A stretch of 64,000 bases of DNA from Proteromonas lacertae (lineage: Eukaryota): positions 434,001 through 498,000 of the forward strand of contig NGBS01000872.1 of assembly GCA_002245135.1 (NCBI GenBank), given 5' to 3'. Below, in pieces: positions 38,429 through 49,162 of this stretch; the first letter of the stretch is position 1, and every line of letters begins with the position of its first letter. Below the pieces are notes generated by a model. It saw only the letters and a program-made list of their open reading frames with translations, made no database searches and was not told the DNA's origin. The position numbers and the translations under genes were made by a program.

Positions 38429-40891
38429 TTACTCTTTATACACTGACAATAATGCAACAGAATCTTTCACATAATACAATTCTACATAAGGATAGAGAGG
38501 ACTTTCAATCTCTTCCCATAACAAAATAGGTTCATCTGTTTCATCATGGTTTATGTAAATCAATTTTTCATCCATATCATAAATCACTTCAAATACTGCA
38601 CCAATTTCATTTGATTTTTCAGGAGTATTAACTTCATTCTTAACATCACCACACAAATAGGATATTGTCTTCTTGTTTGTACCTACATCTAAACAAATAG
38701 AATAAGATAATTTCTTTTCTCCTAAATTTGGTTCTTGAAAATATCCGATTTTGGAAGCACCAAGATTAATCCAATTACTAGTATAAGATTGATATGTTAT
38801 ATGATAAACTCCTTTCTTCATTTCCATATTCAGAAAACAATGACAATAATCATCTCTTTGTTTTGTTGCATTTGTAATAACCTTCAAATTACTTGATAGT
38901 AGAACTGATCCAAATGATAAATCAGGATTAAAATGATATTTATTTTCTAAATATAAATACAATAATATTATATATATATATACCTTTTATTGATAAGAAA
39001 AGAGAGAATGTCTTTTGATTCTTTTCATTTGAACAAATAACTGTATATTCTGTTTCTGGTGATTCAAAATGAGGAGTTCCATATATTTTACCAGTTGATT
39101 GACATAGCTGTAATCCTTCAGGTAAATCTATTCAATATTTATATATATAAACAACAATACTTGGAGTAATTGAAAATTGGCAATTATTACCATCATATTG
39201 AGGGATTATATCAACATTACTATTTATTCTTATAATATAACTCTTTTTATCATATTGGAACAATGTTATTGGATATATTTGTCGTTGTTGTTGTTGCTGC
39301 TGTTGTGATGGTGGTGATGATGGTTGTGTAATAGGTGATTTTGATGTGCTTCTAAGACTTTTCTTTGAAAGATTAAGAGATGGAGTAATTGCATTACTTT
39401 TAGTTGGAGTAGATGTAGTTGTAATTGATGGTGTGGATGATAATACTGGAGAATTATGATGTTTATAGAATGATATTAATTGTGTTTGTTCAGGAGTAAG
39501 TTGGAGTTTTTGTAAATATAGTATAATTAAATTAAGTTGATGAGGAGATTGAGTAAATGGCAAAATATTAATGATAATATCTATTCCACACATATTATTA
39601 ATAATAGACAAAGATTCTATATAAATATAGATTAACATAATAATACTTGGGTTTATATAAAGTAATAAACATTTACTAATTGCATATCTTACATCACTTG
39701 AGGTTGTGTGTTGATATTCATAAATTAGAGAAGATAGCTCACTGTTAGTAATACAATCACTTACTATTCAATATATAAAAACGAATAAATACGTTCTTGT
39801 GACAAATCCATATCAATTATAATTATAAAGCATATCGTTAATAGAAGTGGATTATCTGATTTAATTATTTCTTTCAAATATTCACATATATTTATATCTT
39901 CTAGCAACTTCAATTCTTCATCTAAAACAATTGAGAATACTATCAATTATAAATACATTTCAAAATTGGTGGATTTAAATTGGAACAATAAAATCTAATA
40001 AATATATCTGTTACAATTTGATTAGTACATGGTATTTCAACGTAAATATGACTAATTCTATCACTATTATCGTTATTCATTTCTGTCATTTTTAAACTTG
40101 ATAAATTATTGGAAATTATATCTTTTAATGTGATTTCTTTCCATTGCACATATGAAAATAACATGTACATTGAATTAGATATTGCTGCAATCATTTCTAT
40201 TATACATTATATATATATATATATATATAATTATACTAACTTTACAGTAATTTACTAGTTTCTTTAACAGATTAATTTCTTTTGTTAATACCAAATTAGG
40301 AATTTTCAATAAATATAACACACATTCATATGATAAAGAATACAGTTCATCTATTTATATTATATATTATATATTATATATTACCTGTTAGTAAGAGTTT
40401 ATATCCATTTAATTGAAAATAGTTATTGATCTTTTGTTTTGAGAAAATTATATTCTGATTGGTAGATACTGCATTACATATGATTTCTAAAAGATTTTTC
40501 ATCGCTGGCAGTGTTTGATGATGTTCAATATAGTATATACATTGATGAAATAAAGGTGTTACTGATAAATGATAAGATGCATAAAGTATATCAATAATGT
40601 TTGAATCGTCTATATCAACAGCTCCATATCCTAAATAAGTCATGATATTTATAAATCCTATTTTTGTAACGCAAGGGTTTAATCTGATTGGAGGTTGGTT
40701 ACTTTGTATAAGTTGTTCAAATGCTGGTGACTGCTCTATAAGAATTGACTTAATTGACCTCATTTCTTGGTTTTCCACAATAAAGCTTATATCTGAGAAA
40801 CCCCTATTCACAATTCGTGTGATTAGACTATATATGTTATAAACAATACTGTATATTACCCATATGAATCACTTGGAAGCATAACAATCAT
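38429..40891 (-). CDS. BTB/POZ-BACK protein with putative Ig and SPRY/B30.2-like domains (paralog of 26011-28281)
   Basis: BTB: FSDISFIVENQEMRSIKSIL. Ig: FSITP|NLPEGLQLCQSTGKIYGTP. SPRY-like: FEVIYDMDEKLI...LYPYVELY. Confidence 0.75.
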
Positions 40892-40968
40892 CACAATACT
40901 TTTTGAGAATGAAATTATCAAAATAAATTAACAAACTTTAGCTTGAGATTTTCATTTTCTTTTTTTCA

Positions 40969-41780
40969 ATGGCAGAGGAATTTAGTCGCAAAATATTAGG
41001 TTTGTCAATTCTAAAAATCATTAAATCTGAATCTTCAAAGAATTCAGATCTTGATAAGCAAGTAATTGGTGAACAAGCTTATAATACACTTATTGATGTA
41101 ATCTCAAGATGTATTATATGTTATTTAATTATCATACAATTAGATATAATTACACTTGGCTCAGCAATAAGTGACAGCGCAAATATAAAAGGTAGGGTAA
41201 AACCAGACAAATATGATGTTTATAAAGTCTTAAATAAATTTGTATATGCATTTAATTAAATATGAAATAGATGAAACCCAAAAGTGGTAATGTTATTCGT
41301 GAATTGACACTACTGCAAGAAGAAAAACTATCACAATCAGATGACTTTGAATATGGTTGTATATAAAATACTTATTATATATTGTCATTATTAGATGCAA
41401 ACTTTGATTATCCAATAACACCCACAAAAACACAAGAAAATAAAACAGTTACAAATCCATTATTAAGGCCATTCTTTTTATATGATACATTGCCACCATT
41501 TCCAGAGAAATTTACTTATGATAAAGAAGCAGATGGATCATTAATTGCTCCAGAAAATGAGAAAGATAAGAAAGAAATCTTGTTCAATCAAAAGAATAAA
41601 TTGAAGAGAAATCTTGGTAATTTACGACAGAATTCAAACGATACTACTTTAATAGCATTATCTAAAAGACCTAAAATAGATAGATCAACAAACCCATTCA
41701 CAATTATACCTCGACAAAATCCATTTTTAGAAAAAGATGATAATGACAATAATAATAATAGTAGTAATAGTAACGTTTAA
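40969..41780 (+). CDS. TAF8: TFIID subunit 8
   Basis: N-terminal bromodomain-associated histone fold (AYNTLIDVISR...SANIKGR) and a TAF8_C-like LPPFPEKFTY motif. Confidence 0.75.
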
Positions 41781-41847
41781 ATAATATAAATATGTGCTAT
41801 TTAAAAAATAATGTTTTTAACAACATATTAAAAGAGAAAATAGAGAA

Positions 41848-43924
41848 TTAGTTAATTTCGCTGAATTTTCTTTTTCTAGATATATCTGATGCTAATCGAG
41901 GATCTAAATCCAATGATTTGATTAATTCTAATTTAGATTTCTATTCAATAAATATAAAAATATATATACATCATCAATATTAATGTTGTGAATAATATCT
42001 CCAATCTTTTCTATTTCTGGTGTAATACTTGTTATATCATTCTGAAGATTATTTTTTATCCATAAACTAATACTACAACATGAATTGAATATGTTATTCC
42101 ATAATTGTGAAGAAGTATTTAAAGAAGTAAGTATAAACTTGGCTAAAGATTCATCAACATCATTTTTAGATTTCTTTGATGTAATAATACCAAATAAAAC
42201 AGAGAAGAATGGAATTTGTGAGTATAATATTTCACCAGAATTTTTACTTATAATATCCAACAAGAAATGTAAAAATTCATATTCAGTATTTTGTTGTGAG
42301 AAATTATTGCTGTTATAAATACGAATAATAAATGCTAATACCAACTTTAAATATACTGGAGTTGATACAGCATCAGCAATCTAATTATATAAATATATAT
42401 AATAATAATAATACAATTTGTTCATGATCTGATGATAAATCATTTACAATATATCCTCTTATTTGCAATCTAAATGCTTCATAGAATTGATAATCTTTAT
42501 TATTCAATATTTTAATATATTCTGAATAATCATGTGAAACTGATGGTATAATAGAGGCAGAAATAATTGGTTTCCAAATTGATTGAAATAATAACATATA
42601 ATTAGCACAATTAACGAATTTATCATCATTTATATTATAGTCAATTTCTTTAGCTTTTCCATTTAGATACAATATCAAATAGTTAATAATCATATTTATA
42701 TAATAAGGACACATTATTATCATTATCATATCCACTAAATAACTAGGATCTTTAGCTTTCTTGATTTTGTCTAATTCAGTCTTAGCATAGTCTTCTTCTT
42801 TACATGTATATGCAAATAAGTCAGGAGTTCTACCATTATATCTCCTCGAATTAGAATATATTAAATCCAAATCATGCTTAAAATCTTCAAAAGTACTATA
42901 TTTATTAGTTAATAGTTTAGATTCTAATGTATGATAATCCATTGGTTCTCTTATCTCCTTTCTATATCCTTTACATATCAATTCAGTTACAGGATATAAA
43001 AAGAAATGACTTTTATCATGCTCAATTAATTTTTCAATATAATCAAATAAAGATTTAGCAAATTCTTCAGGGGTTATATATTCTGTATAAGGTTCTATTT
43101 GTTTCATTATTTCTTCAATTTTTTCAGGAATTAATACATTTCTATTCATACAATCTTTAAGATTATTTATCAACGATATTAATTTAACAGCATATATATA
43201 ATCTTCGTAGTTTAAATTACGTATATAATCTCTATATAATAAACAACATCGAGTATCTTCAGTTTCAACAAATTTGGCTCTAATACAATGTAAAATGGTT
43301 TTCACTAGTTTTGGATGACCATCACTATATTCTTTCAGTTTACTGGCTATTCTACAAGGCATTACTAACTTAGTATCATCATAAACTGAAACGGTTATTT
43401 CTAAACCAACGGATATATCTTGAAAATGATTTTCTATTTCTTCATTTACTTTTTCGATTAAATATTCCTCTTTATTTTCCCATATTTCTTGACGCACAGC
43501 TAATGGACATACATCAATTAGATTTGGGTATTTTCCAATAGCTAATATAAGATCTGATGATAATTTTGGTGATTCTTTGATTAATTTTGATAATATATCA
43601 CGAACCTCAGAAAATCTATTGTATGGTAGCATTTCTTTAAACAAGATTTCAGTGTTGAAATAGTTTTTCCAATTAATCTGCTCTTTTAAACTATTTGTCA
43701 GACTATTCAATATTCTTGAGTAAACTTCAGCTCGCGAAACTCCACATTCATCCAATATCTTGAATGCTGCTTCAATTTTACCATCATTAATCAATAACTG
43801 CTTTTGAATGTTTTTAATTGATTCAATTGGATCATTTGAACTATGAAATAATAATATTTGTATATTTAATAGGATACTTTAATTCACCAGATAGTGTTAA
43901 TGCACCTATAGCACCTGGTTCCAT
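41848..43924 (-). CDS. NELFB: Negative elongation factor B (COBRA1)-like protein with inserted bromodomain
   Basis: NELF-B-like N-terminus: DPIESIKNIQ...AAFKILDECGVSRAEV...PLAVRQEIW. Bromodomain: FFLYPV...GYRKEIREPMDY...DLDLIYSNSRRYN. Confidence 0.7.
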
Positions 43925-44046
43925 CGAAAAAGAAAAAAAAGAATTATTTCAAGCCAAGCTTATTTAATCAAATTTTAGTCATTCCATACTAGAATACTAT
44001 AATCAAAAAAAAACATAAAATATCATAAATACAAACAATTAGTCAT

Positions 44047-45021
44047 TTATACTATCATCTTTACACCACTGATAGCCATCACAACAGCAAACAAGTATTT
44101 CAATTCTTTATCTGGACAATGTCTTGCAATATGAGATCCAATAAAACTACCAATAGCAGCACCAATGAATAAAGATGGTACTAGTTTCATTACAATGTTT
44201 CCTAGTTTATAATGTGTAAAAGATCCAGCTAATGCGGGAAATACTAAAGCAGCTAATGAAGTACCTAATACTTTCTGTTGTCCCCAATCTGTAGTCAAGC
44301 AAAATGCTGGTGTAATCAAACCACCACCTCCCACACCAAAGAAACCAGCTGTAAAACCAACAACACTTCCAGTTGCTAAAGTTGTAACAGGATTAGTCTT
44401 AACATAACTTTCTTCTTTTGCTTTTTCTTTAGTTATTCCAGCTTCTTCGTCTTCTTTTCTTTTCTTCTCTTGTTTGTTTAACAAGTACTGTTTCAATGGA
44501 ACAGTTGGCGCTAATAATATACACAAAATACCAAAGAGTTTTTTCATTGTATTGTTGTTAAAATTGCCTGTAAATTTAGCTCCAAATCCTGCTGTTAACA
44601 TTGCAGTGCATCCGATAGCAACAGCTGCTGGAAAATCAATTTGACCTGCCATAGCATAACTAATTGCTCCTGAACAACCTGTTGCAATAACAGCAGCAAG
44701 ACTTGTGGCAGAGGCTTTTCTCTGAGTCAATTTGTTGAATGCTGTCAACATTGGAATCATAATAAAACCTCCTCCTAATCCAACCATACTTCCTATACAA
44801 CCAGCGCAGCAACCAACACCAAATCCAGATAAATGTTCTTTAATTAATGACTTTTTTATCCCAAAAATCAGTTCATCTTTTGGTGCTTCTTTCACATTTT
44901 CATCTAATTTTGGTGTTTTGGGTGGATTATTAATTTCGGCACTAAAGAATCTAACAGGAGCTTTATTGATCAACCTTTGTTTAGCTACAGATCTCACTAC
45001 AACAGATGAAAATCTAAACAT
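44047..45021 (-). CDS. TauE/SafE (sulfite exporter) family transporter with mitochondrial-type presequence
   Basis: Two repeats carry GLGGG and GVGGGG motifs and A.(A/G)TSLAA. The N-terminus is Arg/Ser-rich and acid-free (MFRFSSVVVRSVAKQR...RFFS). Intronless. Confidence 0.85.
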   Translation of the reverse strand: MFRFSSVVVRSVAKQRLINKAPVRFFSAEINNPPKTPKLDENVKEAPKDELIFGIKKSLIKEHLSGFGVGCCAGCIGSMVGLGGGFIMIPMLTAFNKLTQRKASATSLAAVIATGCSGAISYAMAGQIDFPAAVAIGCTAMLTAGFGAKFTGNFNNNTMKKLFGILCILLAPTVPLKQYLLNKQEKKRKEDEEAGITKEKAKEESYVKTNPVTTLATGSVVGFTAGFFGVGGGGLITPAFCLTTDWGQQKVLGTSLAALVFPALAGSFTHYKLGNIVMKLVPSLFIGAAIGSFIGSHIARHCPDKELKYLFAVVMAISGVKMIV

Positions 45022-45094
45022 TTAATTCAGAAAAACACAAACCAATTCAAACTCCTGTAATTTTGACATGTAAATTACACAGAAGAAACGTTTT

Positions 45095-45670
45095 ATGCCA
45101 AAGCCAGTTGTTAAGAACAAAAAGAACACTCCTGAAGTATTATTTGACATATATGTTGTGTAGCCTGAAGAAGTAGTAGAAGTTCCTGAGCCAACAGAAG
45201 GAATTGGGTCTTTTGTGTTTGTTGACGGCTCTAAATACGGTATATATTTGGTTTTATGTTTACAATAGATGGAGATTTTAGTATAATAGAAGGAGTTAAA
45301 GTTAGAGAAGGAAATGGTGTTTTGAGAATAGGTAATGATGAATATGAAGGAGAATGGAAGAATAATGCTTTAAATGGTCATTGTAAAATAACCTATGGAA
45401 ATGGAGATATATATGAAGTATAATTAACATTTACATAATAATTAGGGAAGTATAGTCAATAATGAATACGATGGTGAAGGAACTATGACATTCAAAGATG
45501 GAGCTACATATACAGGAAGTTGGTCTCATGGAAAGTATAGATTAATATGATATAATATATATAGAATGCATGGTCAGGGTGTATTTGTAGATGTGCAGGG
45601 AATAAAATGGGAAGGAGAGTTTTTCAATGGTAAATATAGGACACATTTAGCATTTATTAATCTTCATTAA
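45095..45670 (+). CDS. MORN-repeat protein (MORN2-like); absent from the ORF track
   Basis: Four short introns join FVFVDGSKY|DGDF...REGNG...YEGEWKNNALNGHCKITYGNGDIYE...DGATYTGSW...MHGQG...WEGEFFNG. Confidence 0.85.
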
Positions 45671-45800
45671 TTTTATCATTTTTATTTATTTATTGAATTA
45701 TGTTTTTCTTAATGAGCAAATGAAAATAAAAATACAATATAAACAATCATGAATAAGATAATAAATAAAGTACAGATCATTGAACGAAAAAAAAACTAAA

Positions 45801-46691
45801 TTACATTTTTGATAAAAGTATTTTGAATTCTTCATAACTTCCAAAATATATAGCACCACCAAAACCTATCCATAAAGTCCTAGGAATCCAACCAGACATT
45901 AATACTTTATAACCTTCCTTTTTAATGAATTTCTTTACAATTGATCTTATACTATCATTTCTGTATTTTTTTGGTTGTACCATACATCTTGTCTTTATTA
46001 CATCAATAGGTGTGGTTAAAAATGCAGCAATAGCTCCAGATAAACTACCAGTCCACATATGATAATAGAATTGATGATTTTTATTCTCATTCATTTTTTT
46101 CATCTTTTCATATAATACAAACTCAATTATATCAAATGGAATATCTCGACATAGCAATGGATATAATCCATAATAAAATCCAAAAATTCCTTCTTGTCTA
46201 AATACAGCTTTTGTTGCTTTTATTGAGCTTTTATAAACTCCAGCTTGTGCCATTTGTTTTACTGCTTCAAATGGAACTCTTATCAGTGAACTGAAACATT
46301 CACCTACAGCTGCAGCTATAGAATATGTTATATATTGGTTTGAATGTGAAAATTTTTGATTTATTAGCACTTTCACTTGATCATAAAAGAACCTAAGATA
46401 AATAATATTAAAAAAAAACAATATACCAATAAACAGCAGCAGAAGGAATAGATCCAGTAGCAAGAGAAAGTATTCCTCTAAAAGGATGTTTTAAACCATT
46501 CAACACTTTGTAATTTGGATTATATTGACATCGTCTATATACTAAATAATTAATGAATACGTTTTAATTGTGTCTAAAGGAAACAACACTAAATCCACAC
46601 ATAATCCACATAATCCTCCAGATACTAGTGTTGCTATTATCAATTATACAACAATAAACATACTCAATGCATTCTTAGTTCGTTCTTTCAT
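45801..46691 (-). CDS. Mitochondrial carrier, S-adenosylmethionine carrier-like (SLC25A26/PET8 type)
   Basis: Carrier signatures LFPLDTIKT|R, RVPFEAVKQ, RDIPF, TTPIDVIKTR and GWIPRTLWIGFGGAIYFGSYE. Confidence 0.85.
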
Positions 46692-46772
46692 AGCAAAAAC
46701 TGCATTTAAATGTTCAAGTTCGGTATTTGGTTTGCGGGACAATAAAATAAATTTGTTATTTTCTCAATAACT

Positions 46773-47624
46773 ATGTTGTCTATTGATACATTGTCTTATT
46801 ATGAACTTGGATTATTGGTTTTAGTTACATCAATAATTGCATTACTAGCTAAATACTTTATGATGCCTAAATGGAGTGTAAAGCCACATAAAAAGCCAAT
46901 TCAAAGATTATTGCCTGAAAATTTAGATGATGAATTCAAACAAGCTGCAGAAAGAATAAAGAATTCAAATATCAAATTATCAAATGATCAACAATTGAAG
47001 TTATATGCTCTCTACAAAGAAACGTTATTTGGACCATGCACTGATGAAGCCTCACCAATTTATGAAATTACAGGAAGAGCTAAATGGGAATCTTGGAAAT
47101 CTTTAGGAGATATATCAGCAGCAGCTGCAGCAAGAGGATATATAGAATTAGTGAATAATTATTTACAAAGTGATGAAGAAAAAAAGGCAAATAAACCAGA
47201 GGGTATGGTTCCAGTGATGTTAGTAGGAGAAGAAGAAGATTTTATTAAATCTGATGATATATTTTTCTATATTGCAGAAAACAAATTAGATAAAGTGATA
47301 GAATTTATAGATAAAGGTACAGATGTAAATAAACCAGATAGTGAAGGATTAACTCCACTACATTGGGCTTGTGATAGAGGTGAATTACCAATTGTTGAAT
47401 ATTTAGTGAAAAGTAAAGCAAATTTAGAAGCAGAAGATCCTGAAGAAGGTTCTACACCATTGCATTATGCTATAACAAGTGAATCTTATGATTGTGCTGA
47501 ATACTTAGTAAGACATGGTGCTGACATTAATCATCAGAATAAAGAAGGTGATACTGCAATGGATTTATGTGATGATGAAAATATGAAGGAGATGTTAGAG
47601 AAATTAAGTAAAGAATCTAATTAA
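46773..47624 (+). CDS. Membrane-anchored acyl-CoA-binding protein with ankyrin repeats
   Basis: N-terminal hydrophobic helix, ACB domain (QQLKLYALYK...GRAKWESWKSLG) and ankyrin repeats (GLTPLHWACDRG, GSTPLHYA). Confidence 0.92.
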   Translation: MLSIDTLSYYELGLLVLVTSIIALLAKYFMMPKWSVKPHKKPIQRLLPENLDDEFKQAAERIKNSNIKLSNDQQLKLYALYKETLFGPCTDEASPIYEITGRAKWESWKSLGDISAAAAARGYIELVNNYLQSDEEKKANKPEGMVPVMLVGEEEDFIKSDDIFFYIAENKLDKVIEFIDKGTDVNKPDSEGLTPLHWACDRGELPIVEYLVKSKANLEAEDPEEGSTPLHYAITSESYDCAEYLVRHGADINHQNKEGDTAMDLCDDENMKEMLEKLSKESN

Positions 47625-47677
47625 ATAATTAAAAAAAACATATTTATTAAAAAAATAAAGTAAATTAATGTGTTTTA

Positions 47678-49060
47678 TTAGATTAAAAGATTTACAAGTT
47701 GTCTGCAAGCAGTTCTTGTATTATCATTTATTGCTCTTTTCACCTGCTTTTGTAGAGAATTTATTATAGGTAGTAAAAGATCAGGATATGACATTAATAA
47801 AGTTATAAAATCATCTCCAATAATCTTACAAGATTGATCTGTTACTTTCCATATATTCGAATCAATACCTTTAATAATAATTTTCTGTATAAATTTCATT
47901 TCAATATAAGAAAAAGGATGATCATTGAGTAAATTTGCCATTATAAAGTGAAGGAATTCTATATACCTTAATTGTTTGTTGGGATTTAGAGTTGGCCAAT
48001 ATTTATAAACTTTATTAAGCAATATACATCTGTATTTATAATCTATTTTTATATATGCTTCAGCAATTCTTTCAATTCCTTCTAATATAATATCAAAATC
48101 ATCCAGTTTCAATAACTGTATAAAACAATGATTATAAAACTTGTCTTTATTCTCTGTTTCGGAGATTGGGAAAATTTTGATAATCACATCACAAATTGTG
48201 GAAAACAGTGAAGGCACTTCTTTTAAATCGATTACATTATAAATAATGTGTATTAATGTATATTCAATAATATTTACATAATAATTCACTGTTGTGTAAA
48301 TGAGCGGTATAACTGATATATTGAAACTTACATTCTCCACATGATAAAGCAGTGTCAAATACTATAATATAATATATTTATATTAATATATACATTAATT
48401 ATAAATTTCCTCACATTCTCATTGATTTTGTGTTTAATAAAAACCAAAGAGTTTGGTGATTGGAATAAGCGTAAGATAATTCTCTCCATCATGGATAAAA
48501 TCTCCAATTGATCACTTTCAATCTCTTTTTTACAAGGAATAATAGCTGTTATACAATTTATCTATTCATATATATATAACGATATTAATTAATACAATTT
48601 CCAATATAAGATCAATATATTTATTATGTGATAGAAGAGATATATCTTGTGCAATTAATAATGTACTATCTTTTAAAAATTGCTTAATTGTCTGGTTTAA
48701 TGTGTTATCACCTGATTTAGCTTGTTGTATTGTCTGAAGAAGGTTTGTACAAGTCTGAATATGAGTTTGAGCAGGACTGGACAAATCAGGTATTCCCTGT
48801 GTTTCATCTATTACGATAGACAGTTCTACTCCAGGTATATATGATGATTTTCTTGATGTAAAGTTACTAACTTCAGGACTGGAAGATGCACTTGCTGTAG
48901 GTACTGGCTGAACAGATGTTCTGTGGATTGGTACTAGATTTTTAACTGAAGCAACTTGTTTAGGTTTTTTCTTTACTGACACGACTGGCTTTTTAGGAAC
49001 ATCTAATCTGGGTGTTGGAGGATTTTTAATAGGATCTAAAACCTTACCCTTTTTATTCAT
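47678..49060 (-). CDS. Divergent PP2A regulatory subunit B' (B56)-like protein
   Basis: KYWPTLNPNKQLRYIEFL and KGIDSNIWKV resemble the B56 motifs KYWPxxxxxKExxFL and CxxSxHFQV. Confidence 0.55.
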
Positions 49061-49162
49061 GAGATAATATGTAATTATTTCAGTGTAACTTGGATGGTAT
49101 AACTAACATAAAAAACGAAAATTAAAAGAACCAAGCCTTAAGTTTGAATATATGATGTTAGA

